Shown: positions 13,456-23,714 of the stretch, piece by piece
Position numbering within the stretch: position 1 is the stretch's first letter
Layout of the letters: every line of letters starts with the position of its first letter
NCBI RefSeq assembly: GCF_016903815.1
Contig: NZ_CP069973.1
Length of the DNA: 64,000 nucleotides
DNA from: Escherichia coli
Lineage (GTDB): Bacteria > Pseudomonadota > Gammaproteobacteria > Enterobacterales > Enterobacteriaceae
Direction: 5' to 3' (one strand)
Program-made: the position numbers and the translations under genes
The notes under the pieces: model-generated
Told to the model about the DNA's origin: nothing
The model's database searches: none
What the model saw: the letters and a program-made list of their open reading frames with translations, nothing else

Positions 13456-14343
13456 TTATCGGGTCATGTTGATGCCGGATGCTTTCTGCTCCAGCATACG
13501 TTTCGCCAAATCCACAATGACGGCTGCGGCTTCAACCGGCGGCGTGCCGCCCTGGTGAATGTTAGAGATACAGGTACGGTCGGCCTCAACGGTGGTTGCC
13601 ATACGCGGCGAGTAAACGGCGTAGCAGGAGAGGCTTTCTGACTGCCCTAATCCCGGGCGTTCCCCCACCAGTAGGATCACTACTTTCGCGCCGAGGATCT
13701 CACCGATCTGATCTTCAATCTTCACGCGACCATAACGAACAAAGAATGGCGTACCGACTTTCAGCCCGGCCTGTTTCAGGCCCGCCATCAGCGGTGGCAG
13801 GATCTCTTCGTAGTTCACGGTGATCGCATCAGTTGACAGGCCATCAGAAATAACGACCTGTACGTCCGGATTAGCAACACACTGTGCTTTCAGCGCTTCA
13901 ACAGCTTCTGCACACAGGCGGCGGCCCATATCCGGACGAGTCAGGTAAAGATTTTTGTCGCTAATTTCAGAGCGGACTTCCAGCAAGCCCTGCGCTTTCA
14001 CCCACTCTTCCGGCACTTCTTTCAGTACGGTATCTTTCGAACGAGAGTGATCGGCCAGGAAACGCAGCAACGCCTGGGTACGCGGACGCGGACCGGCACG
14101 ACCGGTACAAACGCGGGCCACGGTGCTGCGACGCAGTTCTGTTAACACATCCGCACGATGTGGGTTTTCCACACCAATCCACGCTTTTGCTTCCGCAGAG
14201 CCTAAATCCAGCGCGCAGCTTTCCGAGGTCACTGGTGTCGTACAGGTGGTGGTGGCGCACTTTGCTTCTGACGGCGCGGGGGCCGCTTGTCCCATTGACG
14301 CCATCACGCTGCGTACAATTTCTTCAATCTGTTTTTGATCCAT
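13456..14343 (-). CDS. eutC: Ethanolamine ammonia-lyase small subunit EutC (295 aa)
   Basis: ORF track 13456..14343. Confidence 0.93.
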   Translation of the reverse strand: MDQKQIEEIVRSVMASMGQAAPAPSEAKCATTTCTTPVTSESCALDLGSAEAKAWIGVENPHRADVLTELRRSTVARVCTGRAGPRPRTQALLRFLADHSRSKDTVLKEVPEEWVKAQGLLEVRSEISDKNLYLTRPDMGRRLCAEAVEALKAQCVANPDVQVVISDGLSTDAITVNYEEILPPLMAGLKQAGLKVGTPFFVRYGRVKIEDQIGEILGAKVVILLVGERPGLGQSESLSCYAVYSPRMATTVEADRTCISNIHQGGTPPVEAAAVIVDLAKRMLEQKASGINMTR

Positions 14344-14363
14344 GATGTGTTATCTCCGCGTCA

Positions 14364-15725
14364 TCAGAAGAACAGTGACGGATCGCCCGCCCATTTGGTC
14401 AGGCGACCGTTTGCCATAATGCCCATGCTTTCCAGCCAGCGTTCAAACTCCGGTGACGGGCGCAGGTTGAGTAACTGACGCACAGTGGCAGTGTCGTGGA
14501 ATGCTGTGGTCTGATAGTTGAGCATGATGTCATCGCCCAGCGGCATCCCCATGATGTAGTTGCAGCCTGCGGTGGCGAGCAGGATCATGAGGTTTTCGTT
14601 GAGGTTCTGGTCAGCGTCAGCGTGGTTGGTGTAGCAGCAGTCACAGCCCATAGAGATGCCGCTCAGCTTACCCATAAAGTGATCTTCTAAGCCCGCACGG
14701 ATAATCTGGCGGTCGTTGTAGAGATACTCCGGCCCAATAAAGCCGACCACGGTGTTGACGATAAACGGATCGTAATGACGCGCCAGCCCGTAGTTACGCG
14801 CTTCCATCGTCACCTGGTCTGCGCCGAAGTTAGCGCCAGCAGACAGCGCCGAACCTTGTCCGGTTTCGAAGTAGAGGCAGTTTTCCCCGGCGATACGATT
14901 GAACTCTGCGCCCACTGCGCGCGCTTCGTCGAGCATCGCCAGCTCCACGCCAAATTCTTTCAGCCCTTTTTCGCTGCCGCAGATACTCTGGAAAATCAGC
15001 CCGCCTGGTGCGCCACGACGGATCGCTTCAATCTGGGTGGTGACGTGCGCCAGCACGCAGCCCTGAGTTGGGATGTTGAATTTGTCGATCACGCCGTAGA
15101 TGGTGTCCAGCACGCGGCTTAAGTTTTCCACGTCGTCCGTCACCGGGTTGACGCCGATCACCGCATCGCCCACCCCGAAGGAAAGCCCTTCGTAGATTTG
15201 CGCAGCGATACTTTGCACGTCGTCACGGGTGTCATTTGGCTGCAAACGGGCGCTGAAGGTGCCCGGAATACCGATGGTGGTATTGGCCTTTTTGATTACC
15301 GGCATTTTCTTCGCGCCGTAGATCAGGTCCGCGTTGGAGCAAATCTTCGCCACCGCCGCGACCACTTCCGAGGTCAACCCTTTGCGGGTAAAGGCAATGT
15401 CGTCCACGCTGGTTTCATCGCTCAGCACATACTCACGCAGTTCGCTGATGCTCCAGTTTTTAATCTGGTTGTAGGCCGTTTCGTTAACATCGTCCTGAAT
15501 CAGCCGCGTCACACAGTCATCTTCATAGGCAATCACCGGATTATTGCGGATGTCCGCTACGGTCATTTCCGACAACACCTGCTTTGCCGCCACGCGCTCC
15601 TGTGAGCTTGCCGCTGCAACGCCCGCCAGCACATCCCCCGAACGCAGTTCGTTGGCTTTAGCCAGCACCTCTTTTACATCCTTAAACTGATATACATTGC
15701 CGAACAATGTGGTCTTTAGTTTCAT
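14364..15725 (-). CDS. eutB: Ethanolamine ammonia-lyase large subunit EutB (453 aa)
   Basis: ORF track 14364..15725; start 11 nt downstream of eutA stop. Confidence 0.95.
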   Translation of the reverse strand: MKLKTTLFGNVYQFKDVKEVLAKANELRSGDVLAGVAAASSQERVAAKQVLSEMTVADIRNNPVIAYEDDCVTRLIQDDVNETAYNQIKNWSISELREYVLSDETSVDDIAFTRKGLTSEVVAAVAKICSNADLIYGAKKMPVIKKANTTIGIPGTFSARLQPNDTRDDVQSIAAQIYEGLSFGVGDAVIGVNPVTDDVENLSRVLDTIYGVIDKFNIPTQGCVLAHVTTQIEAIRRGAPGGLIFQSICGSEKGLKEFGVELAMLDEARAVGAEFNRIAGENCLYFETGQGSALSAGANFGADQVTMEARNYGLARHYDPFIVNTVVGFIGPEYLYNDRQIIRAGLEDHFMGKLSGISMGCDCCYTNHADADQNLNENLMILLATAGCNYIMGMPLGDDIMLNYQTTAFHDTATVRQLLNLRPSPEFERWLESMGIMANGRLTKWAGDPSLFF

Positions 15726-15736
15726 AAGTCGTTCCC

Positions 15737-17140
15737 TCAGGAAGGAAATGCGAGTGATTTCACCGTCACCGGCACAACCGATCCGCCAAAAAGAGGCGTA
15801 CCAATGTCGATATAGTCCCCCGCGCGGACAATCACTTCGTCAATGACTGCCAACGGGAGTTGTTGTAGCTGTGGGCGCAACAACATGCCCAGAGCTTTAC
15901 CAAAGTCCTGCCCGGCCACCACCAGCAGGGGATGCGGATTCGGAAAACGCGCGACGAAATCGACCAGCGCGTTGATGACCGTCAGTACCGCGGCGTAACG
16001 CACAGGCAGCGAGGCGGGAAGCGCCAGCACGTACGCGTCAGAATTGGGATCAAGATCCAGCTGAATCAGCGCCTGTTGCCAGGCACTCACCAGATCCGTT
16101 TCATCAATTGGGATCGCCACCGGCAAATTGCGCAGCGGCAGTTGTACGCCCTCCAGCCAGATTGTGCTGCCAGAGAGCGAAAGGGTATGTGCACCCGCGC
16201 CAATCACCGTGGCGCGTACGGTTTGCGCCGGAAACTGCACGTTCATCTCACGCAGGCGCGGATGGTCATGCAGCGCCGTTGCCAGAAGCGGGCCAATATC
16301 GGCAAAACAGAACGGGTCGGCGGGCTGGTGGCGATAACATTCGCCCACGCCGCCAGAAAGCGTAATGATTTCGGGCGTAACACCTGCGGGCAGCAAACCG
16401 GTTTGCATCAATGCCTGCGCGAGCGGCGAGAGCGTTCCGTCAATCACTTCGACAATCAGCTCTGCCATCCGCCGGGTAACCTGCACCAGCTGCGCGCCGG
16501 TCAGCGAACGGGCGTCGGTGCCTGCGCCGAAGCACTCATCCACAATCATCTGCCCCGGTTTATGAGCGTAAACCACGCGCCCCTGGCTGTCGGTTTCCAG
16601 CAGGCGACCACCGACGTTGAGGCAGGCAGTGCCGCTGATTTTTCCGGCATCGAACAGGGCGTAGTTCGCGGTGCCACCGCCGATGTCGATATTCAGTACC
16701 CGACACAGCCGTTGTTCAGAAAGGGTTTGCGCCCCGGCACCGTGACCGGCGATCACGGATTCGAGATGCGGCCCGGCGCTGGCGACGACAAAATCGCCCA
16801 GCGACTGGGAGAGCGTCATCACCGCCGGGCGAGCGTTGCGGGTTTTCGCGCTTTCACCGGTGATGATGATGGCACCAGAATCAACGCTTTCCGGCGCAAT
16901 GCCCGCAGCCTGATATTGCTCGAGGATTAAGGTTTTCAGTTCCGCTTCTTTTAAACCACCCTGTTTATCGACAGGGGTAAAGAACACCGGGCTTTGCCAG
17001 CTAATTTCGCGTTTGATGAATTCGTAGCGCGGCACCTGCGACACCGCCGCACGGTTAACCAGCTCCAGGTGGGAGAAGATCACCTGGGTGGTGGTGGTGC
17101 CGATATCGATACCGACGCTCAGTAGCTGGCGAGTGTTCAC
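15737..17140 (-). CDS. eutA: Ethanolamine ammonia-lyase reactivase EutA (467 aa)
   Basis: ORF track 15737..17140; GTG start overlapping eutH stop (GTGA). Confidence 0.93.
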   Translation of the reverse strand: MNTRQLLSVGIDIGTTTTQVIFSHLELVNRAAVSQVPRYEFIKREISWQSPVFFTPVDKQGGLKEAELKTLILEQYQAAGIAPESVDSGAIIITGESAKTRNARPAVMTLSQSLGDFVVASAGPHLESVIAGHGAGAQTLSEQRLCRVLNIDIGGGTANYALFDAGKISGTACLNVGGRLLETDSQGRVVYAHKPGQMIVDECFGAGTDARSLTGAQLVQVTRRMAELIVEVIDGTLSPLAQALMQTGLLPAGVTPEIITLSGGVGECYRHQPADPFCFADIGPLLATALHDHPRLREMNVQFPAQTVRATVIGAGAHTLSLSGSTIWLEGVQLPLRNLPVAIPIDETDLVSAWQQALIQLDLDPNSDAYVLALPASLPVRYAAVLTVINALVDFVARFPNPHPLLVVAGQDFGKALGMLLRPQLQQLPLAVIDEVIVRAGDYIDIGTPLFGGSVVPVTVKSLAFPS

Positions 17141-18363
17141 GATTGTGCCTCCGCTTCGGTTTTAGCCGCGGTCGCGTCTTCTTTTGGCACCAGCATCATC
17201 GCCACGCCAATCGCCGTTACGCCGCCGATCAATTTGCCGACAATCATCGGGAAAATCATGGCGTTCATGTTGGCAGCGGCGAAGCCTAAGTGGTCGCCCA
17301 GGGCGAAAGCAGCGGAAACGGCGAAGGCGCAGTTGATCACTTTGCCGCGGGTATCCATCTGCTTCATCATGCCAAACATCGGGATGTTGTTGGCAAGCGT
17401 TGCCACCATGCCGGCTGCCGCGATGTTGTTCATATTCAGCACTTTACCGACGCTCATCAGCGGTTTTTCAAACCAGCGGGTCAGCAGCAGTACCATCGGG
17501 TACGCCCCTAACAGAACGCAGGAGATAGAACCGATAACTTCAATGGCGCGCATCACTTCACCGGGTTTGTCGCCAGGGGCCATAAAGATAGGATCCAGAC
17601 CGGGAATCAGTTCCCAGCCAAGGAGGAATTTCACTACCGCGGCAGCAAGACCGAGGGTGATCAATGCAACGAGGAATTTGGCGAAGATCTGGAAGCCGTT
17701 GATCATTTTTTCCGGGATGAATTTCAGCCCCAGCGCCACCAGCACCGCAACGATAAGTACCGGGATCATGTTCATCAGGATCAGCGCAAAGGTGAATTCC
17801 ACCGGCTGACCGTTGATCTGCACACCGGAGTACATAGCAACCAGACCACCAGCAATACAGCCAATCGGAATGGTCACAATGCCCGCCAGCACGCCGAGCG
17901 CCAGATAACGACGGTCAGAAGGTTCGATAATGCCGAGCGCCACCGGAATGGAAAACACAATCGTTGGCCCCATCATCGACCCGAGAATTAACCCAGAGTA
18001 TAGCCACGCTGCTACGTCGCCGCCCGCCAGCTCTTTGGCGAGGAAGAAGCCGCCCATATCGCACGCCAGCAGTGTTCCGGCGAACATCGATGGGTTAGCG
18101 CCGAGCATTTCGTAAACCGGGATAATCACCGGTCCGAGTACGTGGGCCAGAACAGGTGCCAGCGCGGTCATACCAACCATCGCCAGGCCCAGTGCGCCCA
18201 TTGCCATAAAGCCTTCTTCGAACTGCCCGCCGGATCCTTCGATACTTTTACCGAACTTACCGAGGAAACGAGCAGAACCGCCGAACTGCGACAGGATCCT
18301 GTCTACGGCAGCTATCAGCATAAAGAACATCATGATGTACATGATGATTTCGTTAATTCCCAT
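17137..18363 (-). CDS. eutH: Ethanolamine permease/facilitator EutH (408 aa, polytopic membrane protein)
   Basis: ORF track 17137..18363; strongly hydrophobic throughout. Confidence 0.93.
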   Translation of the reverse strand: MGINEIIMYIMMFFMLIAAVDRILSQFGGSARFLGKFGKSIEGSGGQFEEGFMAMGALGLAMVGMTALAPVLAHVLGPVIIPVYEMLGANPSMFAGTLLACDMGGFFLAKELAGGDVAAWLYSGLILGSMMGPTIVFSIPVALGIIEPSDRRYLALGVLAGIVTIPIGCIAGGLVAMYSGVQINGQPVEFTFALILMNMIPVLIVAVLVALGLKFIPEKMINGFQIFAKFLVALITLGLAAAVVKFLLGWELIPGLDPIFMAPGDKPGEVMRAIEVIGSISCVLLGAYPMVLLLTRWFEKPLMSVGKVLNMNNIAAAGMVATLANNIPMFGMMKQMDTRGKVINCAFAVSAAFALGDHLGFAAANMNAMIFPMIVGKLIGGVTAIGVAMMLVPKEDATAAKTEAEAQS

Positions 18364-18417
18364 CGCCTTTACTCCCTGTTAGTTGTTATTTATTGCCAAT
18401 GCTGAAAGTGGGTTTTT

Positions 18418-18533
18418 CCCTCACTCTGGAAGCCGAGGGGCCGGGGTGAGGGTAATTGTTTGCACCGGCGCGACTCTGTTCCCCTCACCCTAACCCTCTC
18501 CCCAAAGGGGCGAGGGGACTGTCCGTACACTTT
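18418..18533. repeat. Composite GC-rich palindromic intergenic repeat in the eutG-eutH spacer; core unit 18477-18533 has a second copy at 31870-31927; family name not confidently assigned
   Basis: Core tgttcccctcaccctaaccctctccccaaaggggcgaggggactgtccgt recurs almost identically at 31870-31927; upstream related palindrome ccctcac...gtgaggg at 18418-18452. Confidence 0.75.
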
Positions 18534-19720
18534 TATTGCGCCGCTGCGTACAGGCCGACAATCTGCTCCAGGCTGGCGGTACGCGGGTTGCTGCGCAGAC
18601 AAATATCTTCCAGCGCGGCCTGCGCCCATGCACCGTAATGCGCAGATGTCGCACCAATATCGCCCAGTCGTTTACCAATCCCGACTTCCGCAATCAGCTC
18701 ACTTACCGCGTTAATAGCGTCACGATCGTCGGATTTTTTAGTTCGCAGCGCCCGACCAATCTGACTAAAGCGTTCACGACAAACCATCCGGTTAAATTCC
18801 ATCACCGTTGGCAACAACATGGCGTTCGCCAGACCGTGCGGAATATGCAGCGCCGCCCCCGGCTGATGCGCCATCGCGTGGCATAACCCAAGCCCCGCAC
18901 TGGAAAACGCCATTCCCGCCATGCATGAAGCCAGCAACATGCTCTCGCGCGCGGCAAGGTCATGACCGTAGCCCACCGCTTTCGGCAGTGATTTACCAAT
19001 CATCGCGATTGCGCCAATCGCCAGACTGTCGGTAAACGGTGTGGCGTTCAGCGCGCTGTACGCTTCAATAGCATGGGTTAACGCGTCGATACCGGTCATC
19101 GCCGTGACATGCGACGGCACGCCTTCGGTCAGCGCAGCGTCGAGAATCGCCACATCCGGCATCAGCGAGGCGTGGGCTAACACCTGCTTGCGCCCGCTCA
19201 CCGCGTCGATAATCACCGTTACGTTGGTGGTTTCAGAACCGGTTCCGGCGGTCGTTGGAATGGCAATCAACGGCAGGCGCGGTTGCAGAACGCTGGTTTC
19301 TGACATTTCTGCCAGCGTGCTATCCGGGTTTGTCACCAGCAACGCCACGGCTTTCGCCGCATCCAGCACCGAGCCGCCGCCAAACGCGATCACCCCGTCA
19401 CAACCTGATTCACGCAACTGCGCCACGGCTGCACACACGTCGGTGATGCACGGTTCGCCCACCGGACATGGCCAGAGCGTCATGGCGATACCTTTAACGG
19501 CCAGGCTACGCGTCAGCCCGGCGGTCATCCCCGCCTGATGCAAAAAGCTGTCTGCCATCACGAACAGATGTTTCAGCCCACGCGTTTGCGCTTGCTGCCC
19601 GCAACTGCTCATCGCGCCCGGACCGCAAAGCGTCACCGGTGGAACGCTAAATGTTTTTACCCGTTGCAGATTCAGGGTATCGAACGCCTGAAAGAGCGCG
19701 GTCTGCAATTCATTTTGCAT
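18533..19720 (-). CDS. eutG: Iron-containing alcohol dehydrogenase EutG (395 aa)
   Basis: ORF track 18533..19720. Confidence 0.93.
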   Translation of the reverse strand: MQNELQTALFQAFDTLNLQRVKTFSVPPVTLCGPGAMSSCGQQAQTRGLKHLFVMADSFLHQAGMTAGLTRSLAVKGIAMTLWPCPVGEPCITDVCAAVAQLRESGCDGVIAFGGGSVLDAAKAVALLVTNPDSTLAEMSETSVLQPRLPLIAIPTTAGTGSETTNVTVIIDAVSGRKQVLAHASLMPDVAILDAALTEGVPSHVTAMTGIDALTHAIEAYSALNATPFTDSLAIGAIAMIGKSLPKAVGYGHDLAARESMLLASCMAGMAFSSAGLGLCHAMAHQPGAALHIPHGLANAMLLPTVMEFNRMVCRERFSQIGRALRTKKSDDRDAINAVSELIAEVGIGKRLGDIGATSAHYGAWAQAALEDICLRSNPRTASLEQIVGLYAAAQ

Positions 19721-20546
19721 AGATCCCCTCCGCTTTCTCTCGCCCGCTACTGGCGATCGCCAGCGGGGTCATAAACAAACTGTGCTGCGGTAAATGCACC
19801 TGTAACGCCGGGAATTGTTTGCAAAACAGTTCCGCAACGCCCGGTTGCATACAGGAGCCGCCCGCCAGCCATAAATCAGTAATGCCCTGCCCTTCAATAT
19901 GCCGGGCGACAATGTCCGCCATTTTTTCGTACACCGGTTTCACCGCGGGCCAAATCTCTTCACCGTGACCGCGCTTGTACTGCTCCGCCTCTTCCAGCGA
20001 AATACGGCGATTTCCGGCGAGAGTCAGAGAGATATGATGTCCGCCGGTGGCTTCATCTGCCGAGTAAGTCACCTTGCCCTTTTTCACGATGGCAATGCCG
20101 GTGGTGCCGCCGCCGATATCCACTACACCGGCGTTGTCCAGTTGCAGCAGATCCGCGACTGCGGTTGGCTCATCCAGCACATGGCTCACTTCCAGCCCGG
20201 CAGACTCCAGCACGTTGATGGAAATACGCGGGTCCGTACCTGGAGGAAAAGAGGTCGCCGCATGGCTAAAACGGCGACCGAATTGCTGCTCGAGGGTGTC
20301 GAGATGGCGACGAACAATGGTGACCGCACCGAAGAAATCCCAGACGATGCCGTCGCGGACCACATCAGCCCAGTCGAGGCATACCGCCACCGGCTGACCG
20401 TCGCGGTCAACAACCATCGACACCACATCGCAGGTGCCCAGATCCACCCCCAGCCACAGCGGAGATTCCGTCGCGGCAGGCGTCTGGTTACACAGCGTTG
20501 CTGCTATGTGCAGACGTGGGGTGAGCCATTGTTCGTCGTGCGCCAT
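19710..20546 (-). CDS. eutJ: Hsp70/actin-fold chaperone-like protein EutJ (278 aa)
   Basis: ORF track 19710..20546; overlaps eutG start by 11 nt. Confidence 0.93.
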   Translation of the reverse strand: MAHDEQWLTPRLHIAATLCNQTPAATESPLWLGVDLGTCDVVSMVVDRDGQPVAVCLDWADVVRDGIVWDFFGAVTIVRRHLDTLEQQFGRRFSHAATSFPPGTDPRISINVLESAGLEVSHVLDEPTAVADLLQLDNAGVVDIGGGTTGIAIVKKGKVTYSADEATGGHHISLTLAGNRRISLEEAEQYKRGHGEEIWPAVKPVYEKMADIVARHIEGQGITDLWLAGGSCMQPGVAELFCKQFPALQVHLPQHSLFMTPLAIASSGREKAEGIYAK

Positions 20547-20556
20547 CTGTTACTCC

Positions 20557-21960
20557 TTAAACAATGCGAAACGCATCGACTAATACACAGCGACGCAGAC
20601 GGACAAACGTCCGCGCGCTGGTTACCCCTTCACCGGTTGGCGTGGTGATGGTCATGGTGGTCCAGCCTTCCCCGCCCAGCCCCAGCCCGGCAATACACGG
20701 TCCGTTCTTAACGAAAATGCTGGTATCAATGGCATTCGCCATCTGGTTCATGTTTTCGATGTTGCGCGAGTGCATTGCCGCCGTGTGATGGCAACCGCCT
20801 TCCAGTTTCACCGCCAGCGCAATGGCATCCGCCACGTTGGCGACGCGCACGACGGGCAGCACCGGCATCATCAGTTCAGTCACAGCAAACGGATGTTCTG
20901 CGGTGGTTTCTACAAACAGCAGTCGCGTTTGTTCCGGAACTTTAAGGCCGATTGCCGCCGCGATTTTCGCCGCATCGCGACCAACCCAGTCACGGCTGAC
21001 GGTGCCTTTTCCGCGCTCGTCGATATTTTTCAGCAACACCGGTTGCAGCTGCTGCGCCTGCTCTGCGGTCAGTTTCACCGCGTGCTGGCCTTCCATCAGA
21101 CGCATCAGTTCATCGGCTACGCTATCCACAACAATCAGTACCTTTTCGTCGGCACAAATGATGTTGTTATCGAAAGACGCGCCTTTGACGATGGACTGAG
21201 CAGCACGGGCGAGGTCAGCGGTTTCATCCACCACTACCGGCGGGTTGCCAGCGCCTGCGGCAATCAGACGTTTATTGGTGTGTTTACGCGCCGCTTCTAC
21301 TACCGCTTCGCCGCCGGTCACCACCAGCAGGCCGATGCCCGGAAACTTGAACAAACGTTGAGCGGTTTCGATATCCGGATTTGCCACAGTAACCAGTAAG
21401 TTTTCCGGCCCGCCTGCGGCAACAATCGCCTGGTTGAGCAGCGTAATCGCCCGCTGGGAGACTTTTTTCGCCGCCGGATGCGGGGCAAAAATGACGCTGT
21501 TGCCCGCGGCAATCAGGCTTATGGCGTTATTAATTACGGTTGCCGCCGGGTTGGTGGACGGAGTTACCGAAGCCACCACGCCCCAGGGCGCGTTTTCAAT
21601 TAAAGTCAGGCCGTTGTCGCCAGTCAGCACCTGCGGAGAGAGGCACTCAACGCCCGGTGTGCCGCGCGCCTGAGCAACGTTTTTGGCAAATTTATCTTCG
21701 ACGCGGCCCATGCCGGTTTCACTGACGGCAAGCTCCGCTAAATCTCTGGCGTGTTTTTCGCCTGCTTCACGAATGGCAGCAATGGCTAACTGGCGCATTG
21801 CCACGCTCTTTAACCCTTGCTGGGCAATTTTGGCTGCCGCAACGGCGTCATCCAGGGACGCGAAAACGCCCATCTCATGAACGGCGGCGGGCGGCGTATC
21901 ACTGCTTTGCATTTTCAGCAGTACCGCTTTCACCACCTGTTCAATATCCTGTTGATTCAT
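20557..21960 (-). CDS. eutE: CoA-acylating acetaldehyde dehydrogenase EutE (467 aa)
   Basis: ORF track 20557..21960. Confidence 0.93.
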   Translation of the reverse strand: MNQQDIEQVVKAVLLKMQSSDTPPAAVHEMGVFASLDDAVAAAKIAQQGLKSVAMRQLAIAAIREAGEKHARDLAELAVSETGMGRVEDKFAKNVAQARGTPGVECLSPQVLTGDNGLTLIENAPWGVVASVTPSTNPAATVINNAISLIAAGNSVIFAPHPAAKKVSQRAITLLNQAIVAAGGPENLLVTVANPDIETAQRLFKFPGIGLLVVTGGEAVVEAARKHTNKRLIAAGAGNPPVVVDETADLARAAQSIVKGASFDNNIICADEKVLIVVDSVADELMRLMEGQHAVKLTAEQAQQLQPVLLKNIDERGKGTVSRDWVGRDAAKIAAAIGLKVPEQTRLLFVETTAEHPFAVTELMMPVLPVVRVANVADAIALAVKLEGGCHHTAAMHSRNIENMNQMANAIDTSIFVKNGPCIAGLGLGGEGWTTMTITTPTGEGVTSARTFVRLRRCVLVDAFRIV

Positions 21961-21971
21961 GATGTTCTGCC

Positions 21972-22259
21972 TTATTTGTGGAAAATTACCTGACCGCCAG
22001 ACACCACCTCATCGACAATGCCAATCACGCACAGATCGACCGGTGACGTTTCGCTTTTATGCGCCTGGCGGGCGGAACTGCCACTCACCAGCAACACCCA
22101 CTCCCCGGTTCCCGCGCCAATATTGTCGATGGCGACGGCGCATTGCCCGTCAGGATTACCTTGTGGATCAATCATTTCCACCATCAGCAATTTGTCATGC
22201 GCCAGTCCGTGATGGCGTACGGTACAAACAATTTGTCCAGTGACGACTGCCAGTTTCAT
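21972..22259 (-). CDS. eutN: Microcompartment vertex protein EutN (95 aa)
   Basis: ORF track 21972..22259; GGAGG SD upstream. Confidence 0.93.
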   Translation of the reverse strand: MKLAVVTGQIVCTVRHHGLAHDKLLMVEMIDPQGNPDGQCAVAIDNIGAGTGEWVLLVSGSSARQAHKSETSPVDLCVIGIVDEVVSGGQVIFHK

Positions 22260-22365
22260 ACCCGCCTCCGTGGCGTATTTCAGGTAAAAGCTCCCCCTAC
22301 CCTCCGCGGAAGGTAAACTGAAAAAGGAGAGAGCGTGACGCCCGAATCGACGTCACACAGGGTGA

Positions 22366-22659
22366 TTACAGGTTGCTGCTATCGCCTTTCAGGCCGATCG
22401 GGAAGACTTCTTCCAGGTCGCCGTGCGGACGCGGGATAACGTGTACAGATACCAGCTCGCCGATACGCTGTGCCGCGGCGGCACCTGCGTCGGTCGCGGC
22501 TTTACAGGCTGCAACATCACCACGAACCATGGCAGTACACAGGCCGCCGCCAATCTGCTTAACACCAACCAGCTTGACGCGCGCAGCTTTCACCATCGCG
22601 TCAGAAGCCTCAATCAGTGCAACCAGGCCCCGGGTTTCGATCATTCCTAATGCTTCCAT
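22366..22659 (-). CDS. eutM: Major microcompartment shell protein EutM (BMC domain, 97 aa)
   Basis: ORF track 22366..22701; start trimmed to ATG 22657-22659 ([26 protein letters not shown]...) with GAGGAAA SD. Confidence 0.92.
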   Translation of the reverse strand: MEALGMIETRGLVALIEASDAMVKAARVKLVGVKQIGGGLCTAMVRGDVAACKAATDAGAAAAQRIGELVSVHVIPRPHGDLEEVFPIGLKGDSSNL

Positions 22660-22697
22660 TGTGCTTTCCTCTTTATCAGGGTCCAGAACGGGACCGT

Positions 22698-23714
22698 TCA
22701 TTCAACCAGTGTTTGTAAACTGCTTTCGCGGTTCACTTCTGTCTGACGCGGCACAGCTGCCACCAGCGCCAGCTCGATAATTTCCTGCACGCTACAACCA
22801 CGAGAGAGATCGTGCATCGGCGCGGCAAGCCCTTGTATCAATGGCCCGACGGCACGATATCCGCCGAGTCGTTGTGCGATTTTGTAGCCAATATTTCCGG
22901 CTTCCAGCGACGGAAAAACCATCACATTGGCCTTGCCTTGTAGCGGGCTGGCAGGCGCTTTTTGCGCCGCCACTTCCGGCACGAAGGCGGCGTCAAACTG
23001 CAACTCGCCATCCACCACCAGCTTCGGTGCGCGCTCACGGACGATTTCTGTCGCCTGCTGGACGTTGGCAACGCAGGGGTGACGGGCACTACCGTTGCTG
23101 GAAAACGACAGCATCGCCACGCGCGGTTCTTCTCCGGTGATGGCGCGCCAGGTTTCGGCGCTGGCAAGCGCGATATCCGCCAGTTGCGCCGCCGTCGGCT
23201 GTGGCACTACGCTGCAATCGGCAAAGCCCAATGCGGGGCCACTGTACTGTGGCAGCATCAGGAAAATGGAGGAGAGCGTTTTACAGCCTGGCTGTAAGCC
23301 AATAATGCGTAATCCGGCACGCAGCACATTCGCCGTGGAAGAGAGATTGCCCGCGATACAGACATCCGCTGTCCCGGCGCTGACCATTGCGGCAGCGAAC
23401 ATCAGCGGATCGGTGAGTTTTTCCAACGCATCCGGCGGCGTTTTTTCGCCCGCACGGGCCAGCCAGCGGAGAGCAAATTCTTCCCGCATTGCGAGGTTGC
23501 CATGCGGATCTATCACCTGTAGCCCGTCCATCGCCACGCCGTGACTGAGCGCAAACTGACGAAGTTCAAACGGATTGGCGACCAGAATGGGCGTTGCCAG
23601 ACCTTGTTGATGTAAATATTGCGCGGCTTTCAGCACACGTTGATCTAACGCATCCGGAAAAACCACTCTGGCGGGCGCTCGCAACGCCAGTTCACGACAA
23701 CGTTCAATAATCAT
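22698..23714 (-). CDS. eutD: Phosphotransacetylase EutD (338 aa)
   Basis: ORF track 22698..23714. Confidence 0.93.
   Translation of the reverse strand: MIIERCRELALRAPARVVFPDALDQRVLKAAQYLHQQGLATPILVANPFELRQFALSHGVAMDGLQVIDPHGNLAMREEFALRWLARAGEKTPPDALEKLTDPLMFAAAMVSAGTADVCIAGNLSSTANVLRAGLRIIGLQPGCKTLSSIFLMLPQYSGPALGFADCSVVPQPTAAQLADIALASAETWRAITGEEPRVAMLSFSSNGSARHPCVANVQQATEIVRERAPKLVVDGELQFDAAFVPEVAAQKAPASPLQGKANVMVFPSLEAGNIGYKIAQRLGGYRAVGPLIQGLAAPMHDLSRGCSVQEIIELALVAAVPRQTEVNRESSLQTLVE

Noticed and set aside
15726-15736. Prophage, integrase or attachment-site remnant at the eutA-eutB junction
   Set aside because: The junction is 11 bp containing only a ribosome-binding site; there is no integrase-like ORF anywhere in the window.
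15932-16930. 332-aa plus-strand ORF
   Set aside because: Lies entirely antisense within eutA (minus strand), which has a confident identity; Arg/Gly-rich low-complexity translation typical of a shadow ORF in GC-rich coding DNA.
18390-18714. Several 60-84-aa ORFs across the eutG-eutH spacer, and a similar one at 31878-32075
   Set aside because: They translate the GC-rich palindromic repeats in both orientations (low-complexity Pro/Leu/Gly-rich products); artefacts of open frames in repeat DNA.
19899-20648. 249-aa plus-strand ORF
   Set aside because: Antisense across eutJ and the eutE 3' end; shadow ORF.
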